Assembly: GCA_016748015.1 (NCBI GenBank)
Contig: JAAOMT010000697.1
Location: 194,868 to 258,867, forward strand
Direction of reading: 5' to 3'
Length of the DNA stretch: 64,000 nt
Origin: Geosiphon pyriformis uo1
Lineage: Eukaryota > Fungi > Glomeromycota
The position numbers and the translations under genes are program-made. Under the pieces are notes generated by a model, which searched no databases, had not been told where the DNA came from, and saw nothing but the letters and a program-made list of their open reading frames with translations. This document shows positions 1-10,265 of the stretch, piece after piece. Every line of letters begins with the position of its first letter. The stretch's first letter is position 1.

Positions 1-90
1 CAACAATTTTCAGACCAGATTACTTCAATCATTTTAGATCACTATCTCAATATTACAGATAGTGCTTGGACTTCGACGGAGCTCAGTCTT

Positions 91-100
91 AAGGAGAAGA
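91..100 (+). promoter_or_regulatory. Polypurine tract (plus-strand primer site)
   Basis: AAGGAGAAGA immediately 5' of the LTR TG start. Confidence 0.65.
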
Positions 101-103
101 TTA

Positions 104-1113
104 TGTTACCAGTAGAATTTTAGCTATTGATTAGCATGAAATTACTCTTATAATTCCTATAATTCATTAGTATATTAATATCATTTCAAATTATCATTTA
201 TTATTTAATCAATTATCACATATCACAATTCAATTAAAATAATCTAATTAGTATAACAGAAAGTAAGATGATCAAATTACACAATACCCTGAACTTTGTA
301 ACATTCAAAAATTCACTGAAATTTACAAAAATTTGCCGAAATTTATAAGAAATTTGCTGAAATTTACAGAAATTCGCAGAAATTATGAATAGTTCACCCA
401 AATTAATCAATAGTTCAGCAAAATAACTTGTAATTCATCAAAATGTATTTTTAGTTCACTGAAATTTGAGCAAAAAGAAAAAGTGCAAGTTCATAGATTA
501 GTACTACAACAAGTTGTATAAAAGAAGAGCTTTTTTCTTCTGGAAAATGTATCTTACTTTAGATTTATTACTTAGAACCATTTCTACACACACAAAAAGA
601 AATAAATACCAAATAATTTGAAAAACCAAATTCTTTAATTATTGCTCTTGGAAAATCCCCAAAAACCAACTAACATTTTGAAATTGATTAGCTACCAATT
701 TTAGTAAACTGTTAGGGACTCCAGGTCTGAATAGAAAACGTTTTCCTTGATAAAATTCTATTTCTTTTACATTTCTTTTATTTTTTTTATTTTCTTATCA
801 TAATTATTAGGGTAACCTACAGACGAGATTCCTGTAGAAGAGTTGACTTTCATAGCAAAGTAACTACACATTTTTAGTGAGCTTCCAGATGAGCAATTCC
901 TGGAAAAGAGTTGACGTTTACTACAATATAACTACACAAAGCAACTGGCACGGAATTGGCCATTCTACTTATAAGCCCAGCAGTTCAAATTATAGGAGAT
1001 AATTTGAAGATAAATTCAGTTATTAGAGGTTCAACTACTTCCTGAAAACATGAATTCACAGCAAATCAACATTACCAACATTTAAAAAAAAAGACCAAAA
1101 ACCTCTGGTAATA
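104..1113 (+). repeat. LTR, family A (copy 1)
   Basis: TGTTACCAG...CTGGTAA(T/C)A terminal inverted repeats. Colinear with 40558-41530 (+) and 10266-11406 (-). Confidence 0.9.
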
Positions 1114-2068
1114 CTGGTTCTCTCTGAGATAATACTGCTCCCAATGCTTGGCTGGATGCATCGGTGATGATAATAAATGGTTTGCTGTAATCTGGATATA
1201 TCAGTACTGGAGCTTGGATGAGCTTTTTCCTCAGAATACCAAAAGCTTCTTGTTGACTTTCTGTCCATTCATATTTCACATTTTTGTTTTGTAGTTAATT
1301 GAGTGGCTGCGCTATCTTGGAAAAGTTCTTGATAAAACAATAATAATAGCTGGCAAATCCCAAGAATGATTTCAGTTCTGTTATATTGGTCAGCACTGGA
1401 AAGTTCTTTACTATCTCTATTTTCTCTGGATTTGTTTTGATGCTGTCTTTGCTGACTATGTGTTTCAAGAATTTGAGTTCTGTCTTGCCAAAGAAGCATT
1501 TTGTTGCATTCAACTTTAGTCCTGCTCTTCTCAGTCTTTCGAACACTTGTTGAAGATGATGAAAATGATCATCAAATGTCTTTGAGAATACATTGGTGTC
1601 GTCCAAGTATACAACTACTGATTTCCACAATAAGCCAGTATAAACAATTTTCATTAGCCATTGGAATGTTGCTGGGACATTGGTTAAGCTGAATGACATC
1701 ACTTCAAATTTGAAATTCCCTTCTCTAATAGTAAATGCCATTTTCTCTTTGTTAGCTGGATTCATGGCTACTTGCCAGTAATCACTGTTCAAATCTAATG
1801 TAGAGAACCATTTGTTTCCACCAAAAGCATCGAATAGTTCCTGTATTCGTGGAGTTGGATAACTGTCTCCACGAGTTATACCATTGAGTTTCCTGTAGTC
1901 TACACAAAACCAGATTTTTCCATTTTTCTTTCGGACGAGTACCACTGGTAATGACCATGGACTCATTGATGATTGAATTAGCCCATTGTCAAGCATTCTG
2001 TTTATTTCTTGATGAATAATCTCATGGCTGGCTGGTGGTACTCTGTATGCTCTTTGTTTGATTGGCAT
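1114..2068 (-). pseudogene. Ty3/Gypsy reverse transcriptase and N-terminal RNase H
   Basis: PIKQRAYR, SPWSLPVVLVRKK..FCVDYRKLN, FSTLDL, VYLDD, FLGFASYY; then LIYPDYSKPFIIITDAS..ALGAVLSQ. Confidence 0.93.
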
Positions 2069-2639
2069 TGCATCTCCAGTCTTGATTTGATGCTGAATGA
2101 TGTCAGTTCAGCCAAACTCATTTTTACTGGCAAAGATGTCATTGAAATTGTTGAGTAACATCTTGAGCTGTATACATTGGAGTGGATCTAAGTTTCTCAT
2201 GTTTATTTGTTCCAATTGTTCTGGTTGTAGCAAATAACATTCGTCTCATCCATAGATTGTCTGTGATGTGATGTCAACATATCCACAAAGTTGTGGAAAG
2301 TCTGGAATGGAGTTTGGTAATTGATCTTCTATTTCTGTGGTTAGATATCCGATAGTGGTTCCTTCTGCTATGTTAATGATATTACCAGTGTTGTTGTAGA
2401 TGAGAATTTTTATGCTGCTATAGCTTTTGGCTGGTATGTGGAGATTGATCAACCCAATCTCTCCTGATTCACAAAGGGTTGCTTCTGCTTCAAAAATCTG
2501 TTTTTGTTTCTTTTCCTTCTTTTCTATTGCTAACATGTACTGGCTATATAGTGGAATGGAAATAGCTTGACCAGTTGAGATAATTTCTCCTTGGCCAACA
2601 ATTTCTTCCTCTGCCATGTTAACTAGTACATCTATTCTA

Positions 2640-3030
2640 CCTGTGGATTCGAATCTCTGTATTCTTCTCACCGTTATTTCTAATTCCTCCCTCTTTCCCA
2701 CTAATACTAACTGAGCTATTCTAACCAGAAGCAGAAATATTGCCTGTGCTATCTTTTTATTGGGCTCTATTACATAGGCCTTTTCTGAGTCATTTTGTAG
2801 CATAGTGATGATATTTTCTATATATCCCACATCAATTATTCCTCTTCTTATATTGATCTCTCTTTTTGCTAAACTACTCCTAAATGTTAATTAAACCATT
2901 GTTGTTGCCAGAATTTCTAGTGCTATTTTCAGATCAATGCAGGTGTGTGAATGTGGTTCCAATTTGATGGCATTTTTTCCTGGATATCTCAGATCAAACC
3001 CTGCATCAGTATCATGTGCACATTCTAACA
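2640..3030 (-). pseudogene. dUTPase domain in Gypsy-1 pol (between protease and RT)
   Basis: Manual translation gives AHDTDAGFDLRYP (motif 1), RSSLA (2), GIIDVGY (3), KIAQAIF (4) and RRIQRFESTG (degenerate motif 5). One internal stop. Confidence 0.88.
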
Positions 3031-3299
3031 TAATACCTTTTCTATTGTTACTATATTATTTCAACTCTTGTTTCTTGGAGAGATCTGGTAGTGCAATGTA
3101 TTGTTCATAGTTTACATCAGATTTTGAATCTGAGTCTAAATCATTTTCGTCGTCATTGCCAATTTGAACGGAGCTTGAACCATTGTTATTATCGTTATCG
3201 TCAGAGTTTGAATCGCAATTGATTGGCAATTCTGATTCTGATGCACAGCTGCTAATTGGTTCTTCTTCTTCAGGGATCGAATAGATCATGCGTGGTGGT

Positions 3300-3925
3300 G
3301 GATTGTAAATGAGGTCACACTCATTACAATACTGGAAGTCACAGAGAATTAGGCAGTGTTGACATAGTCGAGCGTTCAACTGCTCTAACCATTGTTTTTG
3401 TTCTTCCTTTGTGGGTGCTAATTCTTGGTAGTGTTTGTGGAATTGCTCTGGATCCAGGAGGTTTATGATGGGTTCTGCATCCCAGTCAAGCTCTAAAGGT
3501 TCTGGGGGGTTGTCTTTGATTGTTTTTATCTCTTCTGGCATTGCCCCTTTGATTCTTGCAAATGCCATTTGCCAAATTTTGTTGTCATCATGTGGACAAC
3601 TGTTCAGTCACTCCATGGCTCTTCTCCAGGCTGCTTCTATTGGGATTTCTTTCCTTATCCAGTCACTTATTAGAATTGTGTATTAACACAATATGTCACA
3701 TGTTTCTCCACGTCCTGGAATGTCATTCCACATCTCTTCATCCAAGAGAGTCTCTCCACAAGCTATGCATGGCTGATTGTCCCATTTCTCTACTTGTTTT
3801 GGTCTTCCAAAGCATTTAAGGATGCATGGACGGCAATAGAACCTAGTTGCTGTTAAATATTCCTCATCATTTCCACAGCATGCACCCATTGACAACAATT
3901 TCTTACCACAATCGACACATATCAG
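3300..3925 (-). other. Cys-rich insert of unknown function in Gypsy-1 pol
   Basis: Repeated CxxC pairs (CVDC, CRPC, CIAC, CQHC, CNEC) in the same frame as the downstream dUTPase and RT. Confidence 0.6.
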
Positions 3926-4260
3926 CTTAGGTCGACAATAGGTAGATTGTTGTGGTATAGTGTAGGTATTATAAATGGTGGTGGTTTGAGTGGTCTCTTC
4001 TTCTTTCCCTTTTCCTTTATATTCTTTGTCCTCTTCCCATTCCCAGCTTAAAGTCGGTTCACTTTTGTCGTTGTCGGTCCATGTCAGGTCATCAGTTTCT
4101 CAGGTAAGTTTTTTCTTTTGTTTCTCTTTTCCCTTGTTGTTGTCATCTCAGGAGAGTATTGGTGGTAGTTTGTTGTGCTTTTCGTCCACCCATAACACTT
4201 GGTAGGCTTCCCAGGTCGACTTTTCTTTCTCTTTCTCCAGTTTGATCAATAGTTTCTCTT

Positions 4261-4728
4261 TTAGAGGAGTTTTGAAGTGGTGGCCAGAACACGTATGTGT
4301 TGGCCCTGATACATTAGCTGGAGTTCCTGGGTGTTCCAGTTTAACGTTGCATTGACTTTGGATAGCCAGTCATTACCAATGAAAGCTTGGTATTGAGTGG
4401 TTTCCATCACTAGAACTTTAATGGGAGTCACGATGCCATTGACTTCAAAAGGAAAGTTGTTGATTTCGCCAATTGGAGTTTTGGTCACTTCATCAGTGGT
4501 AATAATTCTGGCGCTGGCAGCTCAATTAACTCGGCAACCTAATTGATCCATGAGTTGTTTTGTGATTATGCTGCCTGCAGAACTGCTGTCCAGGATCAAT
4601 TTGATGGATTGTCCTTTGACTTTGGCATCAGTGTACATCGCGGTGATTGGTTTGGCTTCAAGAGCAGCTCCACTAAACAATGACGTTGCAGCTGTTTCCT
4701 CGAATTTGAATGGAAAGATAGTGGCCAA
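4261..4728 (-). pseudogene. Gypsy-1 aspartic protease
   Basis: IKLILDSSSAGSII...PIKVLVM...FIGNDWL, a retropepsin pattern. Confidence 0.85.
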
Positions 4729-5235
4729 TGATTCGTTTTTGGTAATGATAGCAGGTGGGATATTACTGGTGAGTGGTTGTTTTGGGGTAAATGCCAGGTT
4801 ATTGGTTGAAGTGTCTTCTGGGATGACCAGAAGACTTAAATAGTTTTGGGAATTCGGGTTCTGGGGTTAACTGGTACTCAAATTCCACTGACATAATCCA
4901 GATGGTTGCTGTGAAGAACTGGGGATTGGTTGATGAACTACCATTGCCGATCTTCAGCTCTGTTGACTCATTCTCAGTCTTTGGATTCCGTTATGTGGTA
5001 AGTTTTGGGGCAGTGTTTGAATCTGTTGGGGTTGATAAATTATTTGTGGCTGTGGTTGATATATTACTTGTGGCTGCGGCTGATAAATTGGAAGTTGATA
5101 TACTGGAGACTGATAGACTGATGACTCCATCACTGGTAAGTAAGCAGGTGGGTTTTAATTTGGATACTGATTCGGAATTTGGAACCAGCAATCGGGGTTT
5201 CGATATTGATTTTCTGATCGTTGGTTATTTAAATG

Positions 5236-7098
5236 CTAGCAACAGTCAATTTGGATATGTTCTTGGTTACCACAATAGTGGCAGATACACATTTCCTGTT
5301 GCCACTGTTGATTGGTTGATAAAGATGGATGCAGTTGATTTTGGCCACGATTAGGATGTCCTTGGTTATTGCATTGTTGTGGAGGCTGATAGATGGCATG
5401 ATTGTCAGCTAAGTATCCTTCCAATCTCTTATTGATTGATTCACTGAACTTCTTCAATTTAAAATCCAATTCAGATGATCTGTTCATTACTAGATTAATG
5501 GCTTGGACATGGTTAGCTTCTGACTCAGCAGATTCAAAATCTCTGGCATGTGTGACTGTATCTTGAAGCATGCCAGAATGCAACAGACGTACATGTTGCA
5601 AGATGCTGCTGTGTAGGCCATGAATAAACTGGTTGAGTATCTGTGGTGCTGTGAAATAGTTGTCATCAATTGCTTGAATTTGGTGCAAGTTTTGATGGAA
5701 GCATCCCAAGTAAGTGGTGACTGCTTTAGTTTCTCCTTGTTTCATGGTGGTGAATGTATTGACTAAGCGATTGATACTACTGTTGTTGCTGAAGTATCTT
5801 AGAAATTCCGCTTTGAAGGCATTGAAATCTTGTAGTTTATTAACCAAGCTCTGATACTATGAATCAGCAGTGTCCTTGAGAAAGTAGGGAATGGCTTGTA
5901 TAGCTCAGGTGTCATTTCATCCATTGGCTGTAATGGCCTTTTCTACATCATTCAGCCATACTTGAGTGTTATCCTCTTCACCAGTAAAGTTGTTGAGTTT
6001 TGTGATGGGTGCATAGGCTATTGGGTCTAAGTTAGGTGGTTGTAGTGGCTGTTGAAGTAGTTGTTGGAGTGGTAGTTGAAGTGACTGTTGTATAGGTTCG
6101 GCTACTGGATTAATTGGCAGTTGATCGATGATGATTATCGGAGGTAAGTTTTGTTGATTAATTAATTCGGGTTTTTGATTTCTTGGATTTGGCGGCGTTC
6201 AAATATTCGGAGTTTCGATTTCCAGATTTTTTAACTGTTGCTGAGTTTGAATGTTCGGGGTTTCAACTTCCGGGTTTTCAGGAATTGGATGTAGGTAAGT
6301 AAATTTTTAATCCTCTGATTCTTCTTCCCCTTTTTCTGATTCTGCTGCTTCTTATGGATCAGAGATTCCGAAATCTGGTAGAGGCGGTGGTGATCGAAGT
6401 CCTGATGGGGTTGATGATCGCAAATTAAATCTCTCAAAGTATTTGCCATATGGTCCTAACAATTCTGTTTTCTTTTGTCTACTTTGAAATGGAAATTGTC
6501 CAAATGCTAATGTCACAGTTGATAAGAATGCATCAGTTGATGATATGTTAATGGCGCTTCCAGGTGTATAGTGGTAGGATGAGTTGCTTGGGAATTCAAC
6601 TCTGTTTTTTTTCCAAGCAGGTGGCTGTAATTTTCTGGGTGTTACTGCTGGTGTTTGTAATTTTCCCTTGCCTTTACTAGTGTATGTAATTGGATATCTT
6701 TGTTGAGTGTGGTGTTCAATTTCTTTGTTGATCTCAGTGATGATAGATGCAAAATTATGATTTGTTGGTAGGTTGGTGTTTTGAATTAATTCCTTATAGA
6801 AAGTTTCTCTTGCTGATTTAGTATTCACTGGTGTTCCTAATAAAGAGGAAATTTTTTCATTGACGTAGAAATTGAAGGCTGATTCGGCGGATATATGATT
6901 GTGGTTTAATCCCAAGTATTGACAATAGTGTTGAAATAAGGATTTTGTGAATCCTAAATGGTTTGCTCCTATAATTTCTAATTCTGCCACTTTTGGTTTG
7001 GTGTTGTTAGTGCTGGTTCTCTGTAGGATTATACCTCACAGGGAGCACCAAATGTTACAGGTGATTATTTCTGCTGTTAAATTAAATAACAAACCCAT
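5236..7098 (-). pseudogene. Gypsy-1 gag (long N-terminal extension, capsid, CCHC knuckle)
   Basis: AYAPITKLNNFTGEED..WLNDVEKAITANG, FKAEFLRYF, QFIHGL, CHYCGNQEHIQIDC. Candidate in-frame ATG at 7098 lies inside the LTR. Confidence 0.8.
7034..7050 (-). promoter_or_regulatory. Primer binding site, probably tRNA-Ile(UAU)
   Basis: TGGTGCTCCCTGTGAGG lies 2 nt after the LTR end. Its complement CCUCACAGGGAGCACCA resembles eukaryotic tRNA-Ile(UAU) 3' ends (…CCUCACCUGGAGCA-CCA). Confidence 0.7.
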
Positions 7099-7945
7099 AA
7101 CTTGGTGCTCAAAAGCTACTTCCGTTGAGGCTGTTCTGCAGATGCTGTATCTGAAGGTTTTGGTTGATCTGAAGGTTTTGTTGTGGAGTTCTTTGTATAA
7201 TGAACAGAGATTCAGTAATGTCGATAGAAGAGATATTTTCCAAGAGTTTTCCCAATTTCTTTCTCAGTATGATGGCCAGATTTAGTCTGGCAGTCGTGCT
7301 CTTCTGGTAAGCTATCCGATAATATATAAAAATCCTACCTGTATTTCTGGGTTTTTTACCGGACTATTTTTGATGTCAATAACTCAGTGCTTAATCATTT
7401 ATCAATTAGTATATAACAATAAATTAAAATAAAAGAAAAAAAAGAATAAAAAAGAATAAAAAAAATAAAGAAAGCAAAAAAATAAGCCAAGGCAATTTGC
7501 AGATTAGTATCCCGTCAATAGCCATGATTAAGAGCTATTGTTCCAGTGTGGTCAAGTATCAATTACTATCAACATGAAGGGTTAATAGTGGGGAATTGGA
7601 TGAAGATATAAAATAATTATTTATTTTATGATTGCGTTTCTAGGCTAAGGATTCTGTGGTATCAATTCTGTCTTTTCTGTTTCTAATACTACTGCTATAT
7701 ATACATAATTGGGATTCTTCAATTTCTCGATTCTTCAAGATAGGAATCCTGGAATTCCTGAAATTCTGCAATTTTTTTGAGAAGAATCCTGGAATTCTGG
7801 AATTCTGTAATTCCTCATTGAAAATTCTGAAATTCCTGGAATCCTGCAATTCCTGAGAGGAATCCTGGAATTCCACATTTACTATGCTTACTTCTGATTG
7901 GCTAATAATTATGCTAATATATTTTCTATATTTCTATGAGTAACA
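7053..7945 (-). repeat. 5' LTR of Gypsy-1 (family B)
   Basis: Minus strand TGTTACTC...CCTGTAACA, followed by the PBS. Contains ~9-bp GGAATTC(C)T-type tandem repeats at ~7712-7875. Confidence 0.85.
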
Positions 7946-10265
7946 GCGTTCATTACAAGAACTTTGACTGGAATGGTAATTCCATCAAGAGTGAATAGAA
8001 AATTGTCAATTTCTCCTACTGGGGTCTTTTTCATGCCATCGGCAGTAACGATTACTGTTTAAGCTGGTCGGTCAACATTTCTCTTCAACTGTTGTATTAA
8101 CTGGTAGGTAATAATGCTTCCAGCAGATCCACTGTTTAGAATTAAGTGAATTGTCTTTCCTTTGACTTCTGCTTCAGTGTACATAGCCATAATTGCTTTT
8201 TGTTCATTGACAGCTGTATTGCTAAGCAGAAATGGTGACTCATTTGCTTCGAACTCAAAAGGAAATATATCTGAAAGGTTAGTGTTTTCAGCGATTCTGG
8301 CTAGTGGGATTGTGGTGAGAGTATAGAAAGGGTTTTGTTGTTGTGTTACAGCTCTACCTTCCGAGGGTGCAGTATGGTAAAAATCCTGTTCTTCTGGCAT
8401 TGTTAAATAACTGAGTTGAGTGTAGTAGTGGTTGGGTCTTGGTTAAGTGGAATTTTGGGGAACCAATTGGTTGTTTGAACTGATTCTATTGTTGTTTACT
8501 TGGTATTGATTTTGTGGTGTGAATTAATTTTGTGTAATCAGTCTTTGAGCAGGTACTTGATAATGTTGTGTGAGTAGTTGTTGGTATTGCTGTTGGATTG
8601 GCTGTGGGGCGGGCTGATAATAGTTATTTTGATATTGGGGTCTTGGTAGATAGTAAGCTGGTGGTGGTGGTTGATAATAAGATTGCTGCAATGGAAGGTA
8701 ACGTTAATTACTCCTATTTTGTTGGTCTCGTTGTAGCTTTCTGCAATCTCTTTTCCAGTGGCCAGAGATTCCACAGTAATGACAATTCTGAGGCTGGTTA
8801 TTGGAAAGTGGTGCAAAGTTATTTTGATTTTATCTTTGGGGTGGTTGATATCTTTGGGGTTGCTGTTGTTGTTGATTGGTGAAATAGTTTTCAACCTTCT
8901 TTGTGAGTTGGTCAATTTTTTTCTCAGCTGCTGAGCTGGTTTCTCCAATTGCCAAATTTACAAGTTTTGTGTGATTGGCCTCTTCTATGGCCATTTCATA
9001 TCTTTTTGCATGCTGTATGGCAGAGTTTAAATCTTCTGGCATATATGGGCAAACCTTTTTAATTAGTTTATCTTTTAGACCAGCAATAAATTGATCCAAG
9101 ATTTGAGCATTGGAATAATAATTGTTTGTTTCAAGTTGGTGAATTCATCTGAAAAGTTTGTTGAATTTCTCAATATAAGTTATAACAGATTCGGAGAGTT
9201 CTTGTTTGATATTTCGAAAATGATTGCAAAGGGTGATAGAGGTATTATTGTTAGTGAACTGTTCAAGGAAGACTGCTTTGAAAGTGTTCCAATCATTAAA
9301 TGGGGCAGCCAAGTTTTCAAATCATTCTTCTGCTGTTCCTTTGAGAAAGTAGGGAATTGTTCTTAACATTCTGGTAGCATTCTATCCATTTGCATCTCCA
9401 GTTTTAGTAACTTGGTTGAGCCATTCTTGGGGACTGGTCTCAATATCTTCTCCATTAAATTCAGAGATTTTTGCAATGTATGTTGTCATTTCGTCTTCTT
9501 TGTTTTCACTGTCTATTGATTCTTCTTCAGTTATTTTAGAGTCACTTTCTTCATTTGCTGTTGTCTCAAAGTGTTCACTTTGATTTTCAGCTAGAAAATC
9601 AAGGAGATTGGAACTAGTTTAAAAGGGTTTTTGTTGTCTGGTGGAACTTCTGAGTAATGTAAAATTTTCTGGTCTTGTAAATCAATTCAAGGGTGAATTA
9701 AGTGTTTGTGCTTGTGCAAGTAAAGCTGGAAAAAGTGTGATAGTAAGTGGAAATTTTGAACTGGTTCCTTGTTCAGATGTTTGTAAATGTTTGGCAGTTG
9801 TTTTCGGTAGTGTTGGAGTATTTGGGGTGGTTCTTGAGTATTGCTTCAATTTGTTTTTGTCTTTGTTGCTTGTTTTTGTTTCCAATTCAAAATCAATAAT
9901 GTATTGAGACTGCACTGGATATGTTTTTCACAGTATTTGATAATGTTAAAATTAAGTTTGTAAAAGTAAGTGGCAAGTGTTTCATTGTTAAGGTCTTCAG
10001 TTCTCAACTGTGAATAGTGTGCTAAATTATTGTAAAGGTTGTTTTTAACTTCTGAGATATTGTAATTTCCAAAAAGATAATTGTTGATGCAGTTTTCAAT
10101 GTATTAATATACTGATTTCTTGACAACTTCAATTCCGTCTGGAATGTTGAATCTTTGCTTACAGTGGGTGTAAATTGACTGGTAATACTCTAGAGTTGTT
10201 GCATCTGGTGTGGTCACCACTTTGAAGTTGTTTTTGCTGTGTTGTTTCTGTAGAAGAGCACCAAA

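Larger units (their letters stand above)
1..1113 (+). mobile_element. 3' end of an LTR retrotransposon ('Gypsy-0'): internal 3' region, PPT and 3' LTR; body lies upstream of the window
   Basis: Purine run AAGGAGAAGA (91-100) sits 3 nt before TGTTACCAG (104). The ~1 kb repeat that follows ends CTGGTAATA (degenerate CTGGTAACA) and interrupts the RNase H of the minus-strand element. Confidence 0.75.
1114..7945 (-). mobile_element. Degenerate Ty3/Gypsy retrotransposon 'Gypsy-1' (5'LTR-PBS-gag-PR-Cys-rich-dUTPase-RT-RNase H, truncated by the Gypsy-0 insertion)
   Basis: LTR 7053-7945, PBS, capsid-like gag with CCHC knuckle, LILDSSSAGS protease, AGFDL dUTPase, YLDD RT, and the start of RNase H (TDAS..LGAVLSQ). 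Many in-frame stops. Confidence 0.92.

Noticed and set aside
7640-7876. Repetitive ORFs, or a CRISPR-like array, in LTR family B
   Set aside because: Short tandem repeats without unique spacers, in a eukaryotic LTR.
4550-9907. Several plus-strand Val/Leu-rich ORFs over the Gypsy elements (possible antisense or env-like genes)
   Set aside because: Codon-register shadows of the A/C-rich gag/pol strand, with no independent motifs.
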